64,000 nucleotides of DNA from Octopus vulgaris (lineage: Eukaryota): contig OX597834.1 in assembly GCA_951406725.2 (NCBI GenBank), positions 41,602,001 to 41,666,000 of the forward strand, given 5' to 3'. The position numbers and the translations under genes are program-made. The notes under the pieces are model-generated. The model made no database searches. It saw only the letters and a list, made by a program, of their open reading frames with translations, and had not been told where the DNA came from. The first letter of the stretch is position 1, and each line of letters begins with the position of its first letter. Below are positions 29,363 to 41,794 of this stretch, one piece after another.

Positions 29363-29689
29363 GGAGGCGCGTGGCTTAGTGGTTAGGGCATTCGGCTCAC
29401 GATTATAAGGTCGTGAGCTCAATTCCCGGCGACGTTGTGTCCTTGAGCAAGACACTTTATTTCACGTTGCTCCAGTTCACTCAGCCGTAGAAATGAGTTG
29501 CGACGTCAAAGGTTCCAAGCTGTATCGGCCCCTTTGCCTTTCCCTTGGATAACTCCAGTGGTGTGAAGAAGGGTGGCTGGTATGCGTGGGCGACTGCTGG
29601 TCTTTCATAAACAACCTTGCCCGGATATGTGCCTCGGAGGGTAACTTTCTAGGTGCAATCCCATGGTCATTCATGACCGAAGGGGTCTC
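29363..29689 (+). mobile_element. SINE family A, tail type 1 (preceded by a family B head at 29150-29345)
   Basis: Similarity to the 18381 copy. Confidence 0.88.
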
Positions 29690-29731
29690 AATCTTTATAG
29701 TATAATTTAATAAACGGTAAGGGTAAATATT

Positions 29732-30054
29732 CCCTTCAGTCATGAATGACCATGGGATTGCACCTAGAAAGTTACCCTCCGAGGCACATGTCTCGACAAA
29801 GTTGTTTATGGAAGACCAGCAATCGCCCGTGCGTACCTATCACCCCTCTCAATGCCACTGATGTTATCCAGGGGAATGGCGAAGGCCCATACAGCTTTGC
29901 AGCAGTGGCATCACAATTCACAGCTGAGTGAGCTGCAGGAACGTGAAATAAAGTGTCTTGCTCAAGAACACAACACACTGCTCGGTCTGGGAATCGAACT
30001 CACTACTTCACGATTAAGAGTCCGACGCTCTAACGACTGAGCCAAGCGCCTTCA
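29732..30054 (-). mobile_element. SINE family A, tail type 1, inverted relative to the 29363 copy
   Basis: Reverse-complement similarity over about 320 bp. Confidence 0.88.
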
Positions 30055-30076
30055 CGGAATAATTAAATATGTTTTT

Positions 30077-30289
30077 TTTTTACTCTAGGCACAAAGCCCG
30101 AAATTTTGAGGGAGGGGACTAGTCGATTAGATCGACTCCAGTATGTAACTGGTACTTAATTTATCGACCCCGAAAGGATGAAAGGCAAAGTCGACCTCGG
30201 CGGAATTTGAACTCGGAACGTAACGACAGACGAAATACTGTTAAGCATTTCGCCCGGCGTGCTAACGTTTCCGCCTGCTCGCGGCCTTA
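30077..30289 (-). mobile_element. SINE family C
   Basis: Family C body; TSD GAATAATTAAATAT at 30057-30070 and 30290-30303. Confidence 0.88.
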
Positions 30290-30837
30290 GAATAATTAAA
30301 TATTATTATAAATATACACTAAACTTTTAATTTATGTGTTAATTAATAATTGAAGACTTCTTACAAGTTCAAATATGCTTGAGGTATATTCGAACCCGTA
30401 AGTAAACCATTCTCGGCATTTTCTCATGGAGGAACAATTTTTTCATGTGAACAATTTTTTTTTTTTGCGGGGGGGACCCGAATCAGTTTGCAGCGCACCC
30501 TAACCAAACTGTGAGATGTATGCACTCCGAAATGCGTGCATCCCACAGTCGTGTTAGGGAGCACTGTGGGCTGAGTCGATGTATTTACATCTTTTTGTCT
30601 ACAGCAAGAGATTTTCTTCATGACAAAATACAGTGAATGGCTTTCGAGTATGCTTGGGGCATATTTGAACTGCTAACAAATGTGGATAGAAACGCATCAC
30701 TGCTTAAGCCTGTCACCCTTTATGCAAATTAATAACGTCTTGTGGGCGTGGTTAAAGAACTTCGCTCTCCAACCTTGTGATTCTGAGGTTAATCCTTCTC
30801 AGCGATATCACGAGATTTTGTAGTCGCAGCTTCGGTA

Positions 30838-31470
<633 letters not shown>

Positions 31471-32345
31471 TCTATGCATGCATGCATACATGTATATATG
31501 GATGCAAACATGTTTGGTCTTGTGACTAAGTTAACACGGGATAGTTAAGAAGGTATTTAAACAGAGAGAGAAAATTATATGGACAGAGAACGGAAGAGAA
31601 AGTTGGAGAGGGGAAAAGGTGACAGGCTGCCAGGCAATAAAATAACACAAATGTAACCATTTCAACGATACTCCTATATCGTTAACTTTCGATTATAGTT
31701 AAAAGTCCGCACTTTATATATTGTTAGATTTTAAACCCCGTTGCACATCTGGTGGACATATTGATCGTCAGACACTGGCATGCTTTTCACGTCTATTTAA
31801 TGCAAACTTCTAATTCTGAATTCATCTTAAAATGTACCAAAACTCTCCGATTATGTTGAGATCTGATGGTTTTGGGGGCTAATCCAAGTGTTCTACTTCC
31901 TTTTTATGGACTCCATTCCCATTATGAATAATATTAGCTATGCATAACCACCAAGGAACAATATTTGTGTCATACGATAGCCATGATCAGCCAAAATACT
32001 CAGATAATCCTCGACAGGCGATTGAAAGGATCAGTTTAAACGTATGGCCGTTTCAGAAAAATTTTAACTCCCTCTATATAAATATTTCTTTCCTCAGAGT
32101 GCCTTTCACGTGATAAAATCCAGTAAGATACTACATCGTGAAATTTCCGTTACTTGTTGAGTATCGAATAGATAAATAAGAATAAGAATAAAAATATAAA
32201 TTACAAAATAAAACCGGACTGACCAAAATTATAAGAATATAATCATTTCTATACAAAGATTAAATAAGAAATTAAAAGGGTTAACAAGTAAGCTTTTAGT
32301 TAATCGTGTAAATAATAGCCTATAGGAATATTCCATTCTGTATTA

Positions 32346-32426
<81 letters not shown>

Positions 32427-32489
32427 TGTTCAAGAAGTTACCCTGTTAACTGTTGGATATTATTTGTTCATTGAGATTGGACCATATCA

Positions 32490-32990
32490 TTTCTTAGGTA
32501 CTTAAAATGGGATGGCTCTTGAGTTTATGGATCGCGAATGAAACTAGATGTAATGTTCCAATAAGCACAACGGTAAATAAAAATTAGCCAGAAATTTGTA
32601 TATCGATTTTCTGAGAAACGAAGATGAAACTTCCAATGAAAATACTTTTCTGGTTAGAAAAATCTGATTTTAAAGGTTTAAGAAGTGCTTGAATTTTTAC
32701 AAACCAAAAATGACTGGTGAAGCTGCCAGTGCTGATACAGAGGTTGCAATAAACATCCCGAGCACCTGAGAAACAAAAAGGATTGCTGAAGGAGCAAGTG
32801 TACAATGTTGATGAAATCGCACCTTTCTAGAAGCTCACGCCTGCAAGAACTTGTATTTCTCGAGAAGAAAAATTAACACCGGAATTCAAGGCTTCCAAAC
32901 AAATCGCCTAACGCTCTCTTCTGAGAAGAAATGCCGCTGGTGATATGAAATTAAATCCCCTACTTATGTATCACTCCGAAAATCCAAGTT
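32490..32990 (+). mobile_element. Tigger/pogo-type DNA transposase remnant
   Basis: Broken translation KMTGEAASAD; EQVYNVDE; RTCISREEKLTPEFKASK; NAAGDMKLNPLLMYHSENP. Confidence 0.82.
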
Positions 32991-33304
32991 TCATTTGCCT
33001 GGATTCCGGAAACACACATTGGCCTCGTAACGCAAAGGAAGCCAGTACAAATAGCCTGTATTCGTAATTCAATGTCCACTTTTGCCACAAATTATGTGAA
33101 TATGATTCTGCCAGATATTTGCGTAAGGTATGGTTGTGTCTATGAAAAACTCAGCCACTTTATAAGCCAATGAATTTGTAGTTCCATTGGTCGGTCAAAG
33201 AACGGAAAGACTCATCACCGAAAGTGATGGAAGATCCATATATTTTTTGCTTATACGGTTCTTAAACTAAAAACTAAAATGAAAAATTCTATTTTTATTT
33301 ACAG

Positions 33305-33400
33305 GACTTGCAAGAGGAAACTGCTCAACGCATGGGTGAAACCAATCGGGCTAATTCACTGGAAGATGAACTGAACTTCCTCAGAGAGGTCTCCGACGCT
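33305..33400 (+). CDS. IF protein exon 3
   Basis: TTTACAG| acceptor; [32 protein letters not shown]; donor GTAAGT; 96 nt. Confidence 0.93.
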
Positions 33401-33405
33401 GTAAG

Positions 33406-33575
<170 letters not shown>

Positions 33576-33643
33576 CATCCATCCATCCATCCATCCATCC
33601 ATCCACCCATCCATCCATCCATCCATCCACCCATCATCCATCC

Positions 33644-33701
<58 letters not shown>

Positions 33702-34346
33702 ATGTGTGTGTGTGTGTGTGTAGTGGGAATATATATCCAATACCAGGTGTTGATATGGCTGCGTGTATATTATTACAAGAGTTCATATAGAGATGAAGAA
33801 TAAATTCAAGAACTATATATTTACTACATAAAAATATATTTTATTTACTGGTCGATGATGATACATAATCGAAATGTAGAATCTAGTTGAATGAAGTAAT
33901 CTATGCAAGAGAGTTCAGAGATAGGAAATATAGAAATAACAGGAAAGTGGTGGTTTTTCAGTCATGTGAGAAATAGACGGACATAGCAATGACTTGAATG
34001 GCTCTAAGTCTAATCGACTAAGAAGCGAAGGGCAGGGTAAGCAAGCTGTTTTTATTAATGGAACACTAGACATTCTAGAAACTTTCAAGAGAAACGCTTC
34101 TTGAATAATTAAGAATCAAGTCTCATGGCACAGATGCTTCGAGAAACTTAGAAAGGGAGGTCACTCTATAATCTTTCTTGCAAGAGAAATCATTCAACTA
34201 TCTAGCTAACGCTATATATATATATATATTCATTCAGCCACTCTGACGTCACTCCTTATAAACAGACACTCATTATCGCCATGGGCTCCTTGAAAGCAGT
34301 CAGCTAAAAGTTTTTTGTGCATTTTGATGTCGACATCAGTTCCTTG

Positions 34347-34436
34347 CCTTTCCTGATGAGAAATCTGCATAATGTATTCCTTATTCCTTCGGAATTAGGA
34401 ATATGCAGCCTTCGAAACATATGTCGAAAATAAAGG
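34347..34436 (+). ncRNA. Minimal type I hammerhead ribozyme (Penelope-like-element type)
   Basis: CTGATGA 34353-34359; stem II GAA/TTC plus CTGCATA/TATGCAG; GAAA 34414-34417; palindromic stem III ACATATGT; GTC cleavage triplet 34423-34425; stem I TTTC/GAAA. Confidence 0.75.
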
Positions 34437-34474
34437 AAATTTGTTAATAAGTCGTTCAACTCCATTCTTTCATA

Positions 34475-34535
<61 letters not shown>

Positions 34536-34579
34536 CGGTAGCTAAATAGTTGAATGAGTGAAAGAAGAAACATGTTAGA

Positions 34580-34950
34580 ATATTTTTGGTAACGGCAAAC
34601 AAGACCTGCTACGCTATGCTGCTAATACAGAAGGATTTACCAAAAGTGGACTTGAATGCCCAGGAATTCCGATCGCGAACAGCCAACGATAGAGAAGACA
34701 CCCTACTCTGCATGGAATTACATGGCCGGTTCCACAGTGAAACTAACAAATTAAAAAACTAGGAAGCACCATGGAGGCCCTCAGCAAGGATGAGCTAAAA
34801 AAAGAATACTGAAGACCTAATCGTTGCTGCCTAGGATCAGGCATTGAATACCAATTCAGTGAAAAGAGATATTTACCACACAAGTGCAACGAACCTCTGC
34901 AGAATGTGTGGGAAGAGGATCGAAAGCGTGACTCACATTATCAGTGCCCT
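34580..34950 (+). mobile_element. R4/Dong-like LINE fragment
   Basis: TEDLIVAA*DQALNTNSVKRDIYHTSATNLCRMCGKRIESVTHIISA. Confidence 0.8.
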
Positions 34951-34998
34951 GCGTGCCGTCGGTTCTGCGAGCTTACCGCTTTACAGGCTTTAAATATT

Positions 34999-35211
34999 CA
35001 TTTCTGCTCTAGGCACAAGGTCCGAAACTTTTAGTAGGGAGGGCCAGTCGATTACATTGGCCCCAGTACGCAACTGGTACTTAATTTGTCGACCCTGAAA
35101 GGATGAAAGGCAAAGTCGAACTCGGCAGAATTTGAACTCAAAACGTAAAGCCGGACGAGATGCCGCTAAGCACTTTGCCCTTTGTACCATCGATTCTGAA
35201 AGCTCACCACC
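34999..35211 (-). mobile_element. SINE family C
   Basis: 18-bp TSD TTACAGGCTTTAAATATT at 34981-34998 and 35212-35229. Confidence 0.88.
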
Positions 35212-35587
35212 TTACAGGCTTTAAATATTAATTAATAAAAATATAATCCAGTGTAATAATGATCCACCACCACGTCCTTCATAAGGTCACACTTTGGAGC
35301 CATTTAATTTTGTGCTAATAAACTTTTACTTTGTTAAAGTGCTAATCGTGTATCACGTTCGTTCGACTCACTCAAACAAATGGAAGCATTGTCGGCTTCA
35401 CATTTATTATTATTAATTTAATTTGATAGAACATACCGGAAATAATTAAGGTCGTTGCTGTTACTTTGATATTGATACTGTTGTCACCGTTATTGCTGCT
35501 GCTGCTGCTGCTGCTGCCGTGTTTTTTGGGTGGGGTGTCTTTCTTTAATCGATATATCATCTTGCTTTTTTATATTTTTCTGTATAG

Positions 35588-35752
35588 GAAATCAAAGAGT
35601 ATCGAGCCCTTCTCTCCAAGGACAATAGCATTCCTGACATGCGAGAATACTGGACTACGGAACTCGGCAACTGCCTGAAAGAAATCCGCGAAGAATTTGA
35701 AGGTCAATTGGAGGGAATGTCTGCTTCCATGGAGGCTAGATACCAATCCGAG
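35588..35752 (+). CDS. IF protein exon 4
   Basis: TATAG| acceptor; EIKEYRALLSKDNSIPDMREYWTTELGNCLKEIREEFEGQLEGMSASMEARYQSE; donor GAG|GTAAGT; 165 nt. Not present in the ORF track. Confidence 0.93.
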
Positions 35753-35856
35753 GTAAGTCGTCTTCATTCCATCTTTATCTCCGTTCTGTTCGCTCCTACA
35801 GTTTCAGTATAAGTTTTTGCACTCGTAACATGTAGTTAAACAATCTCAACGCTATT

Positions 35857-36076
35857 TACGAAGGATTACTGAAAAGTTCCTGGCTCTAAGAGTATCGCGA
35901 AAAGCCTGGTTGGAGGCCTAACCTTCCGAGTTCTTTTACAGGGATTAGAAAAGCTGAAGGACCGCCTCAATAAGTGCGTGAATCTGAGAGGGGAATAAGT
36001 TGAATAAAATCATAATTAACTGATCCTCTTGTATTTTCTTTCACCCAAAGCGAGGGATTTTCAACACCCCTTCGTA
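35857..36076 (+). mobile_element. Mariner-derived MITE
   Basis: TA-flanked TIRs TACGAAGG..../....CCTTCGTA; retains the transposase tail GLEKLKDRLNKCVNLRGE; sister copy at 60355-60570. Confidence 0.85.
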
Positions 36077-36434
36077 GTCTATTGCTCACTTCAGAACACT
36101 GCGATACACGACTTGTTGATTAACCTCAGATCATCCATATTTATTTGGCAAAAACTAGAAATGGTTTTTATTGAAAAATACTGGTTCATGACGTCACTGA
36201 CAGAAAACTGGTTGTGGTTTCCATTGATAAAAATTAACAATGATCTTCTTTCATTGACGAAATCTAGCACTGATGTTCATTGAGGGAAAAAATGATTTAA
36301 TAAAGTCCGCAAATCTTAATAGTATTTTAAGCTTGACAATTTGAGCAAAGACCTTTAGTTGTAGAGAGGAAGAGAATGTTGAAATTCTGTCTAATATTAT
36401 ATTTTGAAATATTTTGTTTGTGTATTTCTTTCAG

Positions 36435-36560
36435 CTGAATGAAATGCGTTTGGGTGCATCGAAAGGAAACGCCGAAACAGCACATATGAGCGAAGAGAAC
36501 AAAAGACTTCGTTCTCAGAAGAATGATCTTGAAGCCAAACTTCTTGACTGCCAGGCTCAG
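36435..36560 (+). CDS. IF protein exon 5
   Basis: TTTCAG| acceptor; [42 protein letters not shown]; donor CAG|GTAAGA; 126 nt. Confidence 0.93.
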
Positions 36561-36686
36561 GTAAGATATATTTTCCTTTGCGTGTGTGTGTGTGTGTGTT
36601 CTCTCACTCTTCATGTTTCTGTTATACCTGTATTTCAAAGGGCCAGCCTCGTCACATACTGTGTCACACTGAATCTCCCCGAGAAC

Positions 36687-36742
<56 letters not shown>

Positions 36743-36827
36743 ATATGTATGTATATATACATATATACATACATGCATACATATATTCTCTGCATATGTA
36801 TATATATGTGTATATATATATATACAT

Positions 36828-36875
<48 letters not shown>

Positions 36876-37162
36876 AATCCAAACGGGAAAACAAAAAAAC
36901 AACAACACGTGGAACAATTACAGTATTATTATTAATAGGCGCTCAGGAAATATGGAAGCAGGAAGGTATGACGTTTCGAGCGGAGCTCTTCGTCGGAAAC
37001 ATAAAGAAGGAAGAGAGAGGAAAGAAAGATCCCAAAGTGGGCAACAAGAGATGGAGAAAAAAAAACGACTGGTGTTTACGAAGTACACACATACATACAT
37101 ACATACATACATACATACATACATACATACATACATACATACGTACGTACGTACATACATAC

Positions 37163-37310
37163 ATCTTTCTGGTCATTGCTAAATTTTCCAGGCCCTCTTT
37201 CCTCATCACATGATCAAGAAATCTCAGTTGTTTGGCCCTTATTACACGCCACAGTTCCCTGTTTACCGCAACCCGAGCCATTAATCCTTTGGTCTTCCCA
37301 TGCTATCCAA
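37163..37310 (-). mobile_element. RTE LINE fragment
   Basis: [30 protein letters not shown]. Confidence 0.75.
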
Positions 37311-37523
37311 ATGCAGTGAGTACAATGCGAGTGTGAGCTAAAGACAGTTTGTGCCTGGGTTGGAAAGGTTTGGAGTTAACGAGCAAATGAATCTATGCCC
37401 ATGGAGTATCTTTTTAGGTATCTATTGCCCCCGAAAACTGCAAGGACTCATAAGTATATAATTCTAATCAGCTGAAGGTGAGGGACGAGGGGACAGTCCG
37501 CCCCGAGCGATACCTTTTAAGGA

Positions 37524-37670
37524 GTTCTATGAGTGCGGAATCATGAAGTTGTCAGAAAGATGACAAAACGTCATCGAACAAAATGGAAAATATATAATTA
37601 TTAAAGTTCGTTCTTTGTATGAAAACAATGACTTGTTTTCATACCGAATATTTTCCTTGCCAACCCAATA
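37524..37670 (+). mobile_element. Mariner 3' remnant
   Basis: FYECGIMKLSER*QNVIEQNGKYII followed by a TIR-like end TTGCCAACCCAATA. Confidence 0.7.
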
Positions 37671-38860
37671 GTAAAGTGGGGATCCGCAATTGTATTTTAA
37701 GGGTCCCTGAATAAATTATGCTTTAGCTGTATTTATAGGTATATATTGCAAGGAACAACTAGGTCCCTTTTTCTAACATTTTACATAGTTTAACCTAAAC
37801 AAGTTAATGTAGGAAAAACAAAATAGGAATTTTGAAAGAAGATTCTGTAAAATTAGTTTTTAAGTATCGAATGGCTATAAGGCATCGAATGGCTATAGAT
37901 TGCTACAACGAGACGCCTGTCCATCATAGGAATACTCATTTTTATCAGCTGAGCGAACCAGAGCAATGTGAAATGAAGTCTTGCTCAAGAAGGCAACGCA
38001 TCACCCGATCCAGGAACCTAAATCACAACCATACGATCACGAGTCCAACACTCTAATCTCTAAACCAGAATAAAATAAAATAAAATATAAGATAAAATAA
38101 AATAAAAAGGGTTCATAAGCAAAAAAGGGTTAAGAAACCTGTACTTTCAGAAAGGAAGTTATTCAATTACGAGTATTCAGATCTGAGGTTACCGGTCTGT
38201 AACAGTAAATTGTTATTTTGATCCTCTACTTCCCACTGTAGCAGTCCGTGAGACATGAATTCTTCCTATTTCTTACCACCTGTTTCGGATGGTTTGAAAA
38301 ACAACGTCGTTGGTGCTGTATTCAGATAAAACATAACAAAAACAAGCAAGAACCCCACTCGGCTAAACGGTCATGAATCAAATAAAATATAGCTTTCAAT
38401 TAACCAGAGCTAGACGTGTGTTGTTAAGAGTAGAACTGACTCGAGCCATGTCACAGATGTTTAGTGTTTTGCATAGATTGCTTATGAAATAGATAGTTGT
38501 GGAGTTTTAATGACGTTAAAATCCATCTGTTCTTTCTTCTTTATGACTATGTGTATACCTACATCTCTCGCTGAGACATACACAAATCTATGTATTTGTA
38601 TATGCATGTATGTGTATATATGTACGAATTTACGTCTGTATATATATATGTATATATATATATATATATATATGCATATATCTGTGTATGCATATAGAAA
38701 TGCATATACGTGTGGATATATGTATGCGCATGTGTATGTATGTATGTATGTATGTATGTATGTGCGTATATATCTATATGTGTATATATCTATATGTGTA
38801 TATATCTCTATATATTTATTTATCTATATATTTATTTATGCATGTTTTTGCGCTTTATAG

Positions 38861-39081
38861 ATCGCCCAACTAACATCCCAGCTGAGAGCATTACAGAGCG
38901 AATTTCAATCAGTTTCTGCGGATTTGGAAAGCGAGAAAAGCGAACACAGAGGCGACGTTGATAGACTCAATGGCGAGCTTGAGGCGATGATCAAAGAACT
39001 CCGAGATCTGATGGATGCCAAACTGTCTATGGAACTCGAGATAGCTGCTTATCGTAAACTGCTGGAAGGAGAAGAAAACAG
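38861..39081 (+). CDS. IF protein exon 6 (end of coil 2, IF signature)
   Basis: TTTATAG| acceptor; IAQLTSQLRALQSEF...LMDAKLSMELEIAAYRKLLEGEEN(R); donor AG|GTTTGT; 221 nt. Confidence 0.96.
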
Positions 39082-39246
39082 GTTTGTTACTGGTTTAAAA
39101 TTAATCAACCATTCATTATTTATACAACACACCTGCTGCTTACAGGAAGGGAAATATACAGAGTAATAAAAGCTAGAAGGTGGAGGCGCGTGGTTTAGTG
39201 GTTAGATTTAAAAATTAATATTAGACAACGGTAAACTACAAATAGC

Positions 39247-39645
39247 GGAGGCGCGTGGCTTAGTTGTTAGGGTGTCAGCATCATAGTCGTAAGATTGTGG
39301 TTCGATTCCTGGACCGGTCGACGCGTTGTGTTCTTGAACATAACACTTCATTTCACGTTGCTTCAGTCCACTCAGCTGGCAAAAATAAGTAACGCTGGCG
39401 TCCCATCCAGCTGGGGAACACATACGCCATTGAAACCTGGAAACCGGGCCCATGAGCCTGGCTAGGCTTTAAAAGGGTGTATTTATTATTTTTTATATTA
39501 GCAGAAATAAAGGATATGATCAAAATAAAGACAGGTAATATCATACGTGCTAGACTCTTCAATAGCACCATCCTACCTGCGCCATTGAAACCGGGAAACC
39601 GGGCCCATGAGCCTGGCTAGACTTTCAAAGGGCGCATTTATTATT
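39247..39645 (+). mobile_element. SINE family A, tail type 3, carrying about 90 bp of RTE flank and a second tail
   Basis: Reverse-complement match to 55816-56163, including non-SINE flank; tail repeated at 39580-39645. Confidence 0.85.
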
Positions 39646-40224
39646 AATTTAGGATACTGAGGGAGGTTCTTGGCATCTATTGTTACTTGTTGTAGCCCAA
39701 TGTTAGGGATTTTCTTTTGTTGATACAAGAAAATTTAGAAATTAAAGTCAGTTACAACGGCCTTTTGAATTCAAGACATAAAGAATATTGATTATTGACG
39801 GAGCTACAAAGGCCATGCACTTGACATGACGAAACGGTATTTTATAGAAATTTCCTCTTTGTTAAGTACTTGGACTGGTAGTTCTTTTATTGACCCAAGA
39901 AGGGGTGAAATTCAGTGTTAATCTCGAAAGGATTTGAACTCAGAATGTAAAGGGACGTAACTCAATACGAATAAGTATTGATTCCAAATGTTATTACAAG
40001 ACCAACAATTTCGGGGGAGGGGGTCAAGTTGATTATATCGAATCATTGCTCTGCTTTTATCGACCTCGAAAGGATGAAAGGCAAAGTCGACCTTAATGAA
40101 GTCTGAGCTCAAATTGTAAGGACGAACGAAATACCGTTAAGTACGCAATCAACTCATCCCCCCCCCCCAAATGGCTGACCTTTTGTGGCAAAATTTGAAA
40201 CTATTATTGTTATTGTTATTATAA

Positions 40225-40264
<40 letters not shown>

Positions 40265-40283
40265 CATTATTATTATTATTATT

Positions 40284-40480
40284 GAGGCGGCGAGCTAGCA
40301 GAAACGTTAACACGCCGGGCGTAGCCGTATTTCGTCTGCTATTTTGTTCTGAGTTCAAATTCGGCCGAGGTTGACTTTGCCTTTCATCTTGTCGGGGTCG
40401 ATAAAATTAGTACTGGAGTCGATGTAATCGACTTAATCCCCTGCCCCAAAATTGAGACCTTGTGCTTCCAGTAGAAAGGA
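40284..40480 (+). mobile_element. SINE family C between (ATT)n tracts
   Basis: Family C body; an inverted degenerate copy lies at about 39990-40145. Confidence 0.8.
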
Positions 40481-40650
40481 TTATTATTATTATTATTATT
40501 ATTAGTAGTAGTAGTAGTAGTAGTCAGGAATCTTTACTTTTTAAAGAAATCAAAATTATTCTAAATGGACTTTATAAAAGTCTGAGATGGGTGACTGTTT
40601 GTGCTAAGACTGCAACAGCTGAGACTCCGTTTTGAGTGATGTTAATAAAT

Positions 40651-41053
40651 ACTCTCTCTTACTCTCTTACTTGTTTCAGTCATTTGACTGTGGCCATGCT
40701 GGAGCACCGCCTTTAGTCGAGCAAATCGACCCCGGGACTTGTTCTTTGTAAGCCTAGTACTTATTCTATCGGTCACTTTTGCCGAACTGCTAGGTTACGG
40801 GGAGGTAAACACACCAGCATCGGTTGTCAAGCGATGTTGGGGCGGACAAACACAGACACACAAACATATACACACACATACATATATACGACGGGTTTCT
40901 TTCAGTTTCCGTCTACCAAATCCACTCACAAGGCTTTGGTCGGCCCGAGGCTATAGCAGAAGACACTTGCCCAAGATGCCACGCAGTGGGACTGAACCCG
41001 GAACCATGTGGTTGTTTAGCAAGCTACTTACCACACAGCCACTCCTGCGCCTA
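40651..41053 (-). mobile_element. SINE family B, full length, with internal (TA/TG) microsatellite
   Basis: Head TAGGCGCAGGAGTGGCTGTGTGGTAAGTAGC; tail GACTGAAACAAGTAAGAGAGT. Confidence 0.9.
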
Positions 41054-41186
41054 TAAATATTTTTATAAAAAAAAAAACTGTTTATAAATTTAAGCCTGAC
41101 GTTAACAGTTCGTGTATTGATATTTCATTCTTGATTAGTTTAGAATCCTTTCAATTTTTTCCCCTCTAAATTTTGCCTTTTTACAG

Positions 41187-41302
41187 ACTTAGTCTTGGCG
41201 GTGTGGTTCAGTCAATTGGCGGTTTTCAGAGTCATTCAGAAGAGGCATTAGCTAATGCCCTGCAAAACAGGGCTTCTTCAGGTTTCCACACACCTGAAAC
41301 TG
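41187..41302 (+). CDS. IF protein exon 7 (tail linker)
   Basis: TTTACAG| acceptor; LSLGGVVQSIGGFQSHSEEALANALQNRASSGFHTPET; donor G|GTAAGT; 116 nt, phase 2 in, phase 1 out. Confidence 0.88.
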
Positions 41303-41794
41303 GTAAGTCAACTTTTTTCTTATTCCTTTCAAGATGTTTATACCAATCTCTCTTTGGCAATTTGAGGATAGAATTGAAACAAAAGAGCTGCCATGGAAAC
41401 CCTTATCTTATTGTTTTATTTAAAAGTTTAGCATCGCAGGAGGAGAGGCGTGTTCCATCCTCTTTGCAACCTCTTCCAATTTAATGGCATTGATGAGGCG
41501 ATGCTCAACATGAAATAGCTTTACATCAATATATACAGGGAATGTGTAAACAGGAAAAAATCTTGGTCGGTGCCTGTGTTAAATATTAACAGCAATGAAC
41601 GATATCGTGGATAAATATGGTTGTATTAAGCCATATCACACTTTAGACGAGGAGGGGTGCATTCAATGCGCATGCGCCCGCACACGCGCACACTGAAATA
41701 TACACATAAGATGTGTGTACATGCACCCATTAGTGCATAAAATGCATTATAAAACATCGACATTCTTTGTGTATTGAATTTTTTAATAATTTTA

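Noticed and set aside
41303-41484. Read-through of exon 7 into intron 7 (60 extra aa) as an isoform
   Set aside because: Strong GTAAGT donor, and the extension has no recognisable features; no support without RNA data.
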